Positions 13,300 through 23,292 of a DNA stretch of 58,928 nucleotides are shown one piece after another; position 1 is the first letter of the stretch, and every line of letters starts with the position of its first letter. The notes under the pieces are model-generated. The model saw only the letters and a program-made list of their open reading frames with translations, had not been told where the DNA came from and made no database searches. Position numbers and translations under genes: made by a program. This DNA is from a virus (Duplodnaviria > Caudoviricetes): positions 1-58,928 of IMG/VR virus record IMGVR_UViG_3300025872_000063. The stretch is one strand, 5' to 3'.

Positions 13300-13665
13300 T
13301 CAATCTGCCTTTCGCTTTCTTGATTGTCTAGTTGCACGACTAGTCGAAGATTCATTCGACAATTCAGACTTTATCACAGGTATACTTCCAGTGGGCCTTG
13401 TTATGTGCTCTTCTATGCGGTCTAGTCGAGCACTTGACTCTGTGATGTGGTGTTCAAGCTTTTCACTGATTGACTCGACAATTTTGCGGAGAGTCGGATG
13501 TCCTTGTTCAACATTATTTACAGAATTGTTGACTTGCTCAGCAACGAGATGAACGCTTCCGACTTTTGCCTCGAGCCGTCGAAAACCTCTAACTGCTGCA
13601 GTCAACAGTGCAAGAGCACCGATAAGTGTCGCAATTGACGTAAGTAGTCCGGGTATATCTTGCAC
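13300..13665 (-). CDS. Membrane-anchored coiled-coil protein (possible lysis accessory)
   Basis: N-terminal TM helix followed by a coiled coil; AAGGA RBS. Confidence 0.6.
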   Translation of the reverse strand: MQDIPGLLTSIATLIGALALLTAAVRGFRRLEAKVGSVHLVAEQVNNSVNNVEQGHPTLRKIVESISEKLEHHITESSARLDRIEEHITRPTGSIPVIKSELSNESSTSRATRQSRKRKAD

Positions 13666-13677
13666 TTTGCTAATCCT

Positions 13678-14403
13678 TTACTGTTTTGGTGACATTCTTC
13701 CGACCGGAACGCAAGCTTCTCCGCCCTCAGAAAGCAATCTACTTAGATCTTCTACGCGAATAAACCCGTCTCCGTTTACTCCGTAATCCGATCCCCATGA
13801 ATTACGAAGTCTAATAATTTCAAACTTCTGTCCAAATCCTTCTGAAATAAACCGTGCCTTTGGGTTATATCCAGTTGCAAGAATACAATGACCTCCCACT
13901 AACGAGCCGGAAACATCAATAAGTCCGCTCTTTCGTGTTCCGTACATCGAGTCATACCACGGAATTCCAAGAACAACTGGTCCAGATGTCACGATTGTGT
14001 CAATTACGTCGTCAATTCCAAATGCCCAGCGATACATCGAGATAAATCCCATTGATTGAGCAACCTTTGCTCCAGCGAGAACCGATGTACCTTCGTAGTC
14101 TTCGCCGGCCCATTCGTCCATAAGTTTTGCTTGTCGATAGATTCCAAGCGCCGTCGCCGTTGGATCTGGAAACTTAATTGAAACTGGCAACGCGCGAAGC
14201 TCGTTTGTCCATCCAAAACCTACGCAGGCGCCTTCTCGTCCCTGGTCAATGACTGGTTTCGGGACATACCACGATTTCCTCTTGCGGACTACGCTAGACG
14301 GCAACGCCGCACGTACAGGATAGTCACGCGAACGTTCGTCATGGCGAGACACCCAGTCGAACTTCTTGGAATTGGATGTGGGGGTGGAGGAGAAGGGACT
14401 CAT
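13678..14403 (-). CDS. Papain-like cysteine peptidase (C1A)
   Basis: DQG.EGACVGF (Q and C), GGHC (H), RNSWG..YG..G (N). Confidence 0.88.
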   Translation of the reverse strand: MSPFSSTPTSNSKKFDWVSRHDERSRDYPVRAALPSSVVRKRKSWYVPKPVIDQGREGACVGFGWTNELRALPVSIKFPDPTATALGIYRQAKLMDEWAGEDYEGTSVLAGAKVAQSMGFISMYRWAFGIDDVIDTIVTSGPVVLGIPWYDSMYGTRKSGLIDVSGSLVGGHCILATGYNPKARFISEGFGQKFEIIRLRNSWGSDYGVNGDGFIRVEDLSRLLSEGGEACVPVGRMSPKQ

Positions 14404-14494
14404 TTACCGCGCTTTCTAGACAAAAGAATTATAACTAGTTGTCTGAAGTGTCATTTTTCCGCGGCAGTTATTGTAGACATAGTAGAATACGACG

Positions 14495-15283
14495 GTGAAG
14501 AGTCAACCGTATCTCGGAATACCGGAGCCAATCGCAAGTGTGTCAAAAGCTCTGATTGACGGATCCGATGCGTACCACCGTGTTCACGCAGCACGGTTGG
14601 CGCGGACGGCTATGCTTTTGCTTGAAAACATTGAAAAGTCAACAAAAATGCTTGAAATTGGCACGAGTGGATTTTTTCCGCTTCTGTGTAAAGAGCTAGC
14701 GCCTCAACTTGAAGTCGATGTTACTCACTTTGATAAAAATAATCCAAGTTGCTCAAACATCAACATGTCACTTGGCAAAAAGAATATAGAAGTTAAAGCA
14801 TTTGCAGTTGACTTAGAATTCGACAAAATTCCAATTAACGATAAGACATACGACATTGTTCTCTGTTGCGAGGTTCTCGAGCACATGGAAGTTGATCCCA
14901 TGTTTATGCTTGACGAGGTAAACAGAGTCCTGAAGAACAACGGACTACTTATACTAACAACTCCAAACATCACGAGCTCGAGAGCACTACAGAAAATCCT
15001 TAACGGAGTTGAGCCATACTTTTATATGCAATATCACAGAGATAAGTCCTACAATCGTCATAACTATGAATATTCCGCACCAGGACTTGCAAAACTTCTC
15101 AACGCTGCAGGATTTAAAGGAAAAATTTGGAGTGAAGACTTGTTTGAAGACGGGTTACCGGAGATTGTTAGAAACCTTAGAAATTTTGGATTTAAAGCCG
15201 AGCACGTTGGCGACAACTTGATCTCTGTATCGCAAAAATACTGTAGACCGACAGAAAGATATCCAAGTGGGATCTATTCCTAA
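14495..15283 (+). CDS. Class I SAM-dependent methyltransferase
   Basis: MLEIGT, YDIVLCCEVLEH, RVLK.NGLLILTTPN. Confidence 0.85.
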   Translation: MKSQPYLGIPEPIASVSKALIDGSDAYHRVHAARLARTAMLLLENIEKSTKMLEIGTSGFFPLLCKELAPQLEVDVTHFDKNNPSCSNINMSLGKKNIEVKAFAVDLEFDKIPINDKTYDIVLCCEVLEHMEVDPMFMLDEVNRVLKNNGLLILTTPNITSSRALQKILNGVEPYFYMQYHRDKSYNRHNYEYSAPGLAKLLNAAGFKGKIWSEDLFEDGLPEIVRNLRNFGFKAEHVGDNLISVSQKYCRPTERYPSGIYS

Positions 15284-16208
15284 CATCGCAAATCTTGGTG
15301 GAGAAATCAAATATCTACGAAGACTAGTCAAAAAAGAAGATAAACTTTGGTCGGCTTTTAATCCGTCAATCGCGTATTCTCCCAAGAAAGGATACGCCGT
15401 CACGATTCGATCAAGCAACTACGTCATACTTCCTCACGGTGAGCTAGACGTGACAGTCGGCAATCACATACAGAACAAGGTATGGTTTTCTGAACTTGAT
15501 GAAAACCTTTCTCTTGTCGACTTGCGTCAAATCGATTTTTCAAACAGTGGATATCAATTTGACCGAGGAGTTGAAGATCCAAAGCTCCTGTGGAGAAAAG
15601 GAAAATGGATGTTTACCGCCGTCGCGATGGAAAGAGACATAAGAATAGCTAGGCACTGTGAATGCTATCTTGACGCAAAAGCAACATCAGTCAACAAGGT
15701 AACTATCTACCCTGGTGTCGATCAAAAGCGCCCAGAGAAGAACTGGATGACGGCCGGAGATAAACCTAATAAATTTGATTATATCTATGATGGCAACGGG
15801 GTCATCAAAGACGGATACATGACGAAAAAATTAGTTGACTTTCCTCGGCTATCGGGAATTCGCGGAAACACCCATCTATTGCCGCAAGAAGATGGAACGT
15901 ATCTTGCGATAGTTCATAGGCTGTGGATAACACGAGAACGCATGTTTATACAAACTGAATTTTCGTCACGCGACGCTGTGACAAAAGACTATGATCATTT
16001 TCTTGCGAGATTTGACGAAAATGGATGGATAATTGAAATTAGTGATCCATTCAAGTTTATATCTAAAGGGATAGAGTTCGCTGCTGGTCTAGTCCAGATC
16101 AATGATGATCTTGTCATATCATTTGGCAAAGATGACGTATCATCGCACATTGCGATCATCAATAAAAATACATTAATGAAAACCATGACAAGAGTTGAAA
16201 AAGTTTGA
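15267..16208 (+). CDS. Five-bladed beta-propeller glycosidase-like protein
   Basis: FNPSI, GVEDPKL, EKNW, IEFAAGL and SFG.DD motifs of GH130/GH32-like propellers. Confidence 0.65.
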   Translation: MGSIPNIANLGGEIKYLRRLVKKEDKLWSAFNPSIAYSPKKGYAVTIRSSNYVILPHGELDVTVGNHIQNKVWFSELDENLSLVDLRQIDFSNSGYQFDRGVEDPKLLWRKGKWMFTAVAMERDIRIARHCECYLDAKATSVNKVTIYPGVDQKRPEKNWMTAGDKPNKFDYIYDGNGVIKDGYMTKKLVDFPRLSGIRGNTHLLPQEDGTYLAIVHRLWITRERMFIQTEFSSRDAVTKDYDHFLARFDENGWIIEISDPFKFISKGIEFAAGLVQINDDLVISFGKDDVSSHIAIINKNTLMKTMTRVEKV

Positions 16209-16251
16209 TGTCCGTCTGTGTTTGATTTATGTTGCGATGTAATATCAAACT

Positions 16252-17040
16252 ATGCCGGAGGGACATTCAATCCATCATTTTAAAAGAATTCACTCGGACT
16301 ATTTTGTTAATCGGACTGTAGCTGTTTCAAGCCCTCAGGGGAGATTTTCTGACGAAGCTAGCAAAATAGATGGAACGACTTTAGAAAAAATAACTGCCTA
16401 CGGAAAGCACTTATTTTTTCATTTTGAAAACGACAAAATTGTTCACGTTCATCTTGGGCTCTACGGATGGTTCAATTTTTGTGACGTAGACGACGATGAC
16501 GCTATGGAACATCGACAAGAGTCTATTCGGATGCAACTTCAAACCGATTGGATAGTTTCAAGGCTACGTGGTCCAATAACGTGTGAACTTATCGATCACT
16601 GTGAAGTTGAAAAAATCATAGACAAACTTGGCCCGGATCCGATACTAGAAGATTCAGATCAAGAAAGAGCCTGGAATAAAATTTCCACTCGTAAGAAGCC
16701 CATTGCGTCGCTACTTATGGACCAGTCAATCATCGCTGGAATAGGTAATGTGTACAGGGCTGAACTGTTGTTTATGGCTCGAATCTATCCGTATACGTAC
16801 GGAACAAATATGTTGAAAGATGACTTTGATCATCTTTGGAGACTGTCGAAGAGATACATGAAACTCGGTTCTTTTGACGGATACATTCAAACTCTTGATC
16901 AAAGACTTGTAGAAGATTCGAATCAATCAACTTGGGTCTACGGCAGGCAGCGACTTCAATGCTTTGTATGCAAGTATCCAGTCACCGCGACTATGGTTGA
17001 CGGAAGAAAACTATACTGGTGCCCAGAATGTCAAATATAG
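16252..17040 (+). CDS. nei: Fpg/Nei family DNA glycosylase
   Basis: N-terminal MPEG, GKHLF, HLGLYG, LLMDQS.IAGIGNVYRAE (H2TH), C-terminal zinc finger. Confidence 0.9.
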   Translation: MPEGHSIHHFKRIHSDYFVNRTVAVSSPQGRFSDEASKIDGTTLEKITAYGKHLFFHFENDKIVHVHLGLYGWFNFCDVDDDDAMEHRQESIRMQLQTDWIVSRLRGPITCELIDHCEVEKIIDKLGPDPILEDSDQERAWNKISTRKKPIASLLMDQSIIAGIGNVYRAELLFMARIYPYTYGTNMLKDDFDHLWRLSKRYMKLGSFDGYIQTLDQRLVEDSNQSTWVYGRQRLQCFVCKYPVTATMVDGRKLYWCPECQI

Positions 17041-17249
17041 AAACCGTTGAAATCAAAGTATCCGACATAGATGGCGATCATGATAGATTTGCTCACTATG
17101 TTGAAAAAGACCAAATCACAGAAGCAATTGTTCTAGGTCTTCCGGTTATTGCGTTATGCGGAAAAATATGGATTCCTTCACGAGATCCGGATAAGTATCC
17201 TATTTGTCCTTCATGCAAAGAAATATTTGATTCTTTTTCAATTCAATGA
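17028..17249 (+). CDS. DUF3039 family protein
   Basis: GDHDRFAHYV.K..I.EA.V.G.PV.ALCGK.W.PSRDP..YP.CP.CKEI matches this actinobacterial family as I know it. Confidence 0.8.
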   Translation: MSNIETVEIKVSDIDGDHDRFAHYVEKDQITEAIVLGLPVIALCGKIWIPSRDPDKYPICPSCKEIFDSFSIQ

Positions 17250-17302
17250 CATATTTGACATAGTTAGACGCTTAAGTATAATCTTAGTACAGTCATTTAA
17301 CC

Positions 17303-19366
17303 ATGGAGTGCGTCGTGTCTTCACTTTTCTCGTTTCGTTTGAGCGATGATTTTGTAGCTAACTATTCTGGAAGAAAGGCGCCGTTTGGATACGCTGATGC
17401 TGTCGGAAACTCAGTTGGCGAAATAACATTTCTTCGCACATACTCGAGACTAAAGACCGACGGTACAAAAGAAACATGGTCTGATGTATGCGAACGCGTC
17501 ATCAATGGCATGTACTCGTTGCAGAAAGACCACTGCAAAACAAATCGTCTTCCATGGAATGACGCTCGAGCGCAAGCCAGCGCCAAAGAAGCATTTGATC
17601 GTCTCTTTAATCTAAAGTGGACACCGCCTGGCCGCGGACTGTGGGTCATGGGCACTGAACTTGTGAACCTCCACAGAAACTCGGCAGCCTTGCAAAACTG
17701 CGCGTTTGTATCCACCAGTGAAATGACAAAGCACAATCCAGCAAAACCATTTGCGTTTTTGATGGAAGCGTCGATGCTAGGAGTTGGCGTTGGTTTTGAT
17801 GATCTAGGCGCGGACAAAGAATTTACGATCTATAAGCCAAACAGTGATTCAGCAACAACCTACAAAGTACCGGATACACGTGAAGGCTGGGTTGAATCAA
17901 TGGCACTATTGCTCAACTCATATCTTCGCGCGGAGCAGCCAGTCTTTACGTTTGATTACTCTGATGTACGCCCTGCTGGAGCGCCGATTACTACGTTTGG
18001 CGGAACAGCCGCGGGACCTGGACCACTAATAAAGCTTCACGAGCACATTCGCCGCTTGTTTGAAAACCGTTCTGGCGAAAAATTGACTAGAACAGACATT
18101 GCCGACATCGGAAATCTCATCGGGGTTTGCGTAGTATCAGGAAATGTTCGCAGAAGTGCAGAACTTCTACTTGGGCGTCTTGACGATGATACATTTCTCA
18201 ATCTGAAAAATTCAGAAGTATTTCCAGAAAGAAATTCATACAACTCCGAAGCCCCCGGTTGGGGATGGATGAGTAACAACTCGGTCGCGACGATGGTCGG
18301 ACAGGACCTGTCGCGTATCGTCGACGGTATCGCGCGAAACGGTGAACCAGGCGTGATCTGGATGGATGTATCGCGCCTCTATGGTCGCCTTGCTGATCAA
18401 CCAAACAATAAGGACTGGCGCGTAGCCGGATACAACCCGTGCGCTGAGCAATCTCTAGAATCATACGAATGCTGTACGCTTGTTGAAACGTACCTCGGAC
18501 GGCACGAATCAATAGAAGACTACAAGAGAACGCTAAAATTTGCGTATCTCTACGCCAAAACAGTGACGCTTCTTCCGACACATTGGGAGGAAACAAATGC
18601 GATCATGCAAAGAAATCGCCGTATCGGAACCTCAATGTCTGGTGTAGCAAATTTTGCTGACAGAAAAGGTCTGCCAGCACTACGCCACTGGATGGATGAA
18701 GGCTATAACATCATCAAATACTATGACAATGTCTATAGCGAATGGCTTGGAATCCGTGAATCAATCAAGATGACAACTGTAAAACCATCTGGTACGGTTT
18801 CAATCCTTGCTGGAGAATCACCTGGAGTGCACTGGACTCCAGGAGGAGAATATTTCATGCGTGCAATTCGTTTTTCAAACGAAGACGCCATGGTGCCACT
18901 GTTTAAGATGGCAAACTATAAGGTTGAACCAGCAAGTGAATCTCCAGAAACAACGTCAGTTGTGTTCTTTCCGATAAAGTCGGGTGCGAGTCGGTCAGAA
19001 AAAGACGTTTCAATCTTTGAAAAAATGGCATTGGCAGCGACCGCGCAGCGGTATTGGAGCGATAACTCGGTGTCAGTGACAATATCATTTGATGCTGAAA
19101 GTGAAAAAGACCATGTTGGAACTGTCCTTCACATGTATGACGGGCAACTTAAAACTGTGTCATTTTTGCCGCAGGGCAATTTCACCTATCCTCAAATGCC
19201 GTACACTCAAATCAGCCAGAGCGAGTACGAGGAAGCGGCAATGAACCTTCTGCCGATTGACTTTAGTGGAATCTACGCTGGACTCGCTGCTGACGCGATT
19301 GGCGAAGCTTACTGCACGACAGATGCGTGCGAAATAAAGTTTGTCATTAACAACCAAAACAGTTAA
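17303..19366 (+). CDS. nrdJ: Adenosylcobalamin-dependent ribonucleotide reductase (class II, monomeric RTPR type)
   Basis: RTYSR, PPGRGLW, NCAF, GNVRRSA, NPCAEQ, TVKPSGT and C-terminal CTTDAC. Confidence 0.93.
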   Translation: MECVVSSLFSFRLSDDFVANYSGRKAPFGYADAVGNSVGEITFLRTYSRLKTDGTKETWSDVCERVINGMYSLQKDHCKTNRLPWNDARAQASAKEAFDRLFNLKWTPPGRGLWVMGTELVNLHRNSAALQNCAFVSTSEMTKHNPAKPFAFLMEASMLGVGVGFDDLGADKEFTIYKPNSDSATTYKVPDTREGWVESMALLLNSYLRAEQPVFTFDYSDVRPAGAPITTFGGTAAGPGPLIKLHEHIRRLFENRSGEKLTRTDIADIGNLIGVCVVSGNVRRSAELLLGRLDDDTFLNLKNSEVFPERNSYNSEAPGWGWMSNNSVATMVGQDLSRIVDGIARNGEPGVIWMDVSRLYGRLADQPNNKDWRVAGYNPCAEQSLESYECCTLVETYLGRHESIEDYKRTLKFAYLYAKTVTLLPTHWEETNAIMQRNRRIGTSMSGVANFADRKGLPALRHWMDEGYNIIKYYDNVYSEWLGIRESIKMTTVKPSGTVSILAGESPGVHWTPGGEYFMRAIRFSNEDAMVPLFKMANYKVEPASESPETTSVVFFPIKSGASRSEKDVSIFEKMALAATAQRYWSDNSVSVTISFDAESEKDHVGTVLHMYDGQLKTVSFLPQGNFTYPQMPYTQISQSEYEEAAMNLLPIDFSGIYAGLAADAIGEAYCTTDACEIKFVINNQNS

Positions 19367-19384
19367 CTAGAGACAGGAAATGAC

Positions 19385-19738
19385 GTGATTGAAATTCCAG
19401 TATGGTTTTCAGACGCAAAATGTTCTGGCATGACAGAGCTCTTTTATACTCCGTCGTACTCTGAAAACACAAAAACAAAACGGCGACGCGAGGAAGCCGC
19501 GATCACCGTTTGTAAGTCATGCCCTTCGATGATTCCCTGCAGAGACTATGCTAGAAAAAATAGCGAGCTAGGTATCTGGGGCGGAGAAACTGAAGATATG
19601 CGCTGGAGGGCCGGTGTTGTTCCACCGAATTCCGCGCTTAAGAGAAGACGTTCCCCAGATTATTACGCGAATTACAAGAATAAGATCATGGCAAAAAAGC
19701 TGTCTTTAATTCTTGAAAACTTGCCAGAGAATGCTTGA
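19385..19738 (+). CDS. whiB: WhiB family transcription factor
   Basis: C-x-C..C.....C pattern and GIWGG. Confidence 0.85.
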   Translation: MIEIPVWFSDAKCSGMTELFYTPSYSENTKTKRRREEAAITVCKSCPSMIPCRDYARKNSELGIWGGETEDMRWRAGVVPPNSALKRRRSPDYYANYKNKIMAKKLSLILENLPENA

Positions 19739-19874
19739 TTTTTGCGGAAAGAACATCCGGCTCGATCACTGCTTTTCCGTCAAAAAGAATTGTCAATAAC
19801 TCTGAAAGATCACTTGCAACATTGAAAGCTTGCATTGCTTTTGTTTCAAGATCTTTTACTAGATTTTCAATCAT
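19686..19874 (-). CDS. Hypothetical protein
   Basis: Short ORF at the end of the minus-strand operon. Confidence 0.4.
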   Translation of the reverse strand: MIENLVKDLETKAMQAFNVASDLSELLTILFDGKAVIEPDVLSAKIKHSLASFQELKTAFLP

Positions 19875-20028
19875 CTAAATTTGCTTTCTTTTATTTAGAA
19901 AGTCTGCATAGGACCGTTTCGCGTCATTGCATCCGCACGAACAGTCCTCACCTTCCTGGATCCATGCGCAGTTGTACGCATGTCGAACCTGTTGAACGAG
20001 GATATTCAACATCTCGATGAGTTCTTGA

Positions 20029-20451
20029 TCACTGTTTATCGACATCTAGATCAATTATCTCCGGACGTGTTACACCACTTGGATTGTATTCTGTCGCGTT
20101 TCCAGACGAGATCATTAAATCATTGACGCAGACTTTGTCATCAAGATAGATCCATGCAAGATAACGTCCGTATTTTTCTGTCCGATCTTTTACAGTGTAT
20201 ACGATGCACTGTGAGCCAACCGGGAGGACTGATGATAAAAACTGTTTTGCGTTTTTTCCTTCCTGCGTTGACATTTCTGGGGCGTTTATTCCACCAAGAC
20301 GAAGTTTTATATCGTGCGTAAGTCTAGTAACCGCGTTAAACCCGAGATCGGTATCAATCAGGATTAGCCGCACGTTTACCGTATCGCCGTCAACTATCCT
20401 AAGAATTTCTCCTGGATAAATGTATTGTTTTATCTCTGCGCGCTGTAACAT
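20029..20451 (-). CDS. Thermonuclease (SNase-like)
   Basis: IVDGDT, RL.GINAPE, EKYGRYLA. Confidence 0.88.
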   Translation of the reverse strand: MLQRAEIKQYIYPGEILRIVDGDTVNVRLILIDTDLGFNAVTRLTHDIKLRLGGINAPEMSTQEGKNAKQFLSSVLPVGSQCIVYTVKDRTEKYGRYLAWIYLDDKVCVNDLMISSGNATEYNPSGVTRPEIIDLDVDKQ

Positions 20452-20565
20452 TATCTATAGCTTTCTGCCGTTTCTCGTCCTGCAGAAAAACTATAATTCG
20501 AACAATTGATGTGATGGCGCTCAATGAAAGCAGCAGAATCATTTTTACTTGCTTCTATAGTCTTT

Positions 20566-20784
20566 TCAGCGATGTTCTTCGTCAATAGATCTAGCTAGAG
20601 CGGCTAGATCCCGTCGAGTCTGATCAAGTGAAGCCTGCAGACCGACGATGACGCCGGCCGCTTCAATGAGCATATCTCTATCAAATTTTTCAGTTTCTGG
20701 ATAAAAAGTGCTTGCCATGTCAAGCAGTTGTTCAACAATGCTGCTATTGTTCACCAAAAAATCCACCATATAACTAGGGTCCAA
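20566..20784 (-). CDS. Hypothetical protein
   Basis: ORF in the coupled mini-gene chain; start uncertain. Confidence 0.5.
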   Translation of the reverse strand: MDPSYMVDFLVNNSSIVEQLLDMASTFYPETEKFDRDMLIEAAGVIVGLQASLDQTRRDLAALARSIDEEHR

Positions 20785-20847
20785 AATAAAAACCCAAACG
20801 GAATAGCGATACGCAGGGCGCTAAACACGTTGCCGTCATCGTTGTCA

Positions 20848-21114
20848 TTAGCCACGGTCGGCCTCCGTTGCGTTGTATAGACCTTCGTACAGATCGTAAA
20901 GGCGACGGTTAGTCCACCTCAACTGCTCTATTTCATAGTTCAGCCGTTCGATATGGTCTGCGGCTTCAATGAGCGTGAGTGACAGACTGCTGTCTGATGG
21001 GCTTGTCAGCATCTCGCCGTCGTTGTAGAGCCTCCATTGATGGAGTCGGGTTACGATGTTGTCAGTCAGGGCTGAACTATACCTATTTTGGTATAGTTGT
21101 GCATCGTCAGCCAC
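20848..21114 (-). CDS. DDIVTRL-family mini protein
   Basis: GTG start in the CGTGGCTGA junction; DNIVTRL...EAADHIERL...EADRG. Confidence 0.65.
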   Translation of the reverse strand: MADDAQLYQNRYSSALTDNIVTRLHQWRLYNDGEMLTSPSDSSLSLTLIEAADHIERLNYEIEQLRWTNRRLYDLYEGLYNATEADRG

Positions 21115-21355
21115 GGCGAGCCTCCTTGTAACGGTCAATCGCTGCATCAACCATGTTGTGGTACTTCGCGTCTGCCTCCGTTGTGTGGTGTTGCCCCCAC
21201 CAGTTACTCGTAACAAGAAGGGCCTGCTTCAACCATTCACTAGCGTCACGGAGCCGTTCGATCTCGTCGGCGGCTTCGTCCATGAGTTTCTGTTGCCAGA
21301 ACTCGGTGTACACGCCGTCTTTGACTCGCAGTCGGGTCACGATGTCGTCAGCCAC
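21107..21355 (-). CDS. DDIVTRL-family mini protein
   Basis: VADDIVTRLR...EAADEIERLR...EARRG; GAGGAGG RBS. Confidence 0.7.
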   Translation of the reverse strand: MADDIVTRLRVKDGVYTEFWQQKLMDEAADEIERLRDASEWLKQALLVTSNWWGQHHTTEADAKYHNMVDAAIDRYKEARRG

Positions 21356-21462
21356 GACGGGCCTCCTCCCACGCACGCAGATGCGCTTCTGTCAGATCGT
21401 GATTGCGAACAGCCGCATGAAGCGCATCGCCAGCGACACGCAGCCGTTCGATCTCGTCGGCG
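21328..21462. repeat. 135-bp direct repeat, copy 1
   Basis: Identical to 22455-22589. Confidence 0.9.
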
Positions 21463-21551
21463 CCAGCGGCGAGATCGTCATCTAGTTGATTGAGCCACGG
21501 ACTGTCATTGTCAATCCACCTACGCAGTCGGGTCACGATGTCGTCAGTCAC
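21348..21551 (-). CDS. DDIVTRL-family mini protein
   Basis: VTDDIVTRLR...ADEIERLR...EEARRG. Confidence 0.7.
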   Translation of the reverse strand: MTDDIVTRLRRWIDNDSPWLNQLDDDLAAGADEIERLRVAGDALHAAVRNHDLTEAHLRAWEEARRG

Positions 21552-22194
21552 GGTCGGCCTCCTCGTCATCGGGATAGACGGGGCCGATGACGGTGCGCCA
21601 CGGTGTCGTCAGCAGGTCGTAGTGCTGTTGGGTGAACCCGTGACCGATCAGGTCACGAATGACAAGCCCTTGAGCGGCGGCCCAAGCGGCGGCCGGAGCG
21701 GCGTCCCAAGCGGCGTCCCAAGCGGCGGCCCGAGCGGCGGCCCAAGCGGCGTCCCAAGCGGCGTCCCGAGCGGCGGCCCAAGCGGCGGCCCGAGCGGCGG
21801 CCCAAGCGGCGTCCCGAGCGGCGTCCCAAGCGGCGGCCAACCGATTGATTTCGTCGGTTGTCAGCACTGCGGCACGGCGCACCAATGCAACGACCTGTTC
21901 CCACTGTGGGCCGAAGGTGTCCGCAAGATCGGCATCGGTCACCTCGATGCCTGCCACGATCAGGTCACGCACCTGCGCCCAACCGGTGTTGCTGTCGTCG
22001 TTCCAGTCGGTTCCCCAACCACGCAGTTGGGCAACCTGCTCAATCAAGTGGGCGTCGCCTGGTTGTGGCTGGCAACGACGAATCGCACCGTGCAAGCACA
22101 TGGCGGTGTCGTCACCCCACTTGCCTTGCACCCAGTGTTCACCGTCGGTGCCGAGCAGGCTGAGCAGTTCGTTTGTGTCGATTTTGATGCTCAT
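21544..22194 (-). CDS. Hypothetical protein with AAWDAA/AARAAA tandem repeats
   Basis: GAAGGA RBS and ATG at 22194; W.QG...CL.GAI motif; 12-bp tandem repeat at ~21670-21840. Confidence 0.75.
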   Translation of the reverse strand: MSIKIDTNELLSLLGTDGEHWVQGKWGDDTAMCLHGAIRRCQPQPGDAHLIEQVAQLRGWGTDWNDDSNTGWAQVRDLIVAGIEVTDADLADTFGPQWEQVVALVRRAAVLTTDEINRLAAAWDAARDAAWAAARAAAWAAARDAAWDAAWAAARAAAWDAAWDAAPAAAWAAAQGLVIRDLIGHGFTQQHYDLLTTPWRTVIGPVYPDDEEADRD

Positions 22195-22454
22195 TGTGTT
22201 TCCTTCGTTTAGATCGTCAGCCACGGTGGTCGTCGCGGCTGCCGCGTTCGCAGGTGTTGCTGCGACGCGCAGCCGGGCGGCCCGTTGAGCGCGGCGCACA
22301 CCGGCCGCTGCGGCTTCACCACCGGTCTTTCGAGCCTGATGCAATGCCTCGCGATACGCGGCATCATCGAGCACCGGGCCTGCCATCTCAGCAGCCTCCG
22401 CCAGTCGGTCGGCACTCGCTCGGCCGTCGGCGGCATCGGGGTGGTTGAGCGCCA

Positions 22455-22589
22455 GCAGTCGGGTCACGATGTCGTCAGCCACGACGGGCCTCCTCCCACG
22501 CACGCAGATGCGCTTCTGTCAGATCGTGATTGCGAACAGCCGCATGAAGCGCATCGCCAGCGACACGCAGCCGTTCGATCTCGTCGGCG
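22455..22589. repeat. 135-bp direct repeat, copy 2
   Basis: Identical to 21328-21462. Confidence 0.9.
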
Positions 22590-22666
22590 GCTTCCCGCAG
22601 TTTCGGGCCAGCCGCGCCAACAAACTGAGAGATTGCTTGCAAATCGTTTACGATGTCATCAGCCAC
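22475..22666 (-). CDS. DDIVTRL-family mini protein
   Basis: VADDIVNDL...EAADEIERLR...EEARRG. Confidence 0.7.
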   Translation of the reverse strand: MADDIVNDLQAISQFVGAAGPKLREAADEIERLRVAGDALHAAVRNHDLTEAHLRAWEEARRG

Positions 22667-22874
22667 GGCGGGCCTCCTCGCTCGTGCCAGTTTCGCCGTT
22701 TAGGTACTTGCTGGATTGCGCAAGAAGATCAGAGATATGTTTACCAAACACTTCTTCTTCGTGTCGTGCACGTGCCGTGGCTAGCGCTTCTAGCGCCTGA
22801 AGAAGCAGGTTCTGCAGTTCTTCAATTCGCAGAAGAAGTCGACCTGTCGTTTCGTTGTCCGAGTACGCCATCAT
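22659..22874 (-). CDS. Hypothetical protein
   Basis: Ends in EEARRG with the same junction as the downstream mini-genes. Confidence 0.6.
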   Translation of the reverse strand: MMAYSDNETTGRLLLRIEELQNLLLQALEALATARARHEEEVFGKHISDLLAQSSKYLNGETGTSEEARRG

Positions 22875-23043
22875 TTTTCCGTTTCGTCAAAAAGTTTTCT
22901 AAGTTCGTCCATGAATTCATCGATGCCGTCAGGGTCAAACTGCGCCTGCTCTGGCGGGTTGTCCATCGCGAGCTTCAAGAGCAGAACCGCCGCAAGAACG
23001 CCAAACGCGATAAATGACATGACCATAGCGATAACGGCCGGTC

Positions 23044-23292
23044 TCATCGCGGCGTACCAGTCTTGCGTCGGCTCGGGCGCTTTGTGCGTTCTGCGGCGAG
23101 CAGAGCGTCAGCGTACTCGAGCGCGGCGCGTAGTTCCCTGATCTCAGACGAGATGTCGCGAAGAAACTGCGGGTAAAACTGGATCTCTATCGCCTTTTTC
23201 TCTAGTATCTCGGCAAAAAGGTCGAGGGTGTCTTCTATAGACACCTCTTCTTCGTTATCGGTGAACGGTGTTACTTCTGGGGGAAGGTTCAC
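23044..23292 (-). CDS. Hypothetical protein
   Basis: Coupled (GTGA) to the upstream gene. Confidence 0.6.
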   Translation of the reverse strand: MNLPPEVTPFTDNEEEVSIEDTLDLFAEILEKKAIEIQFYPQFLRDISSEIRELRAALEYADALLAAERTKRPSRRKTGTPR

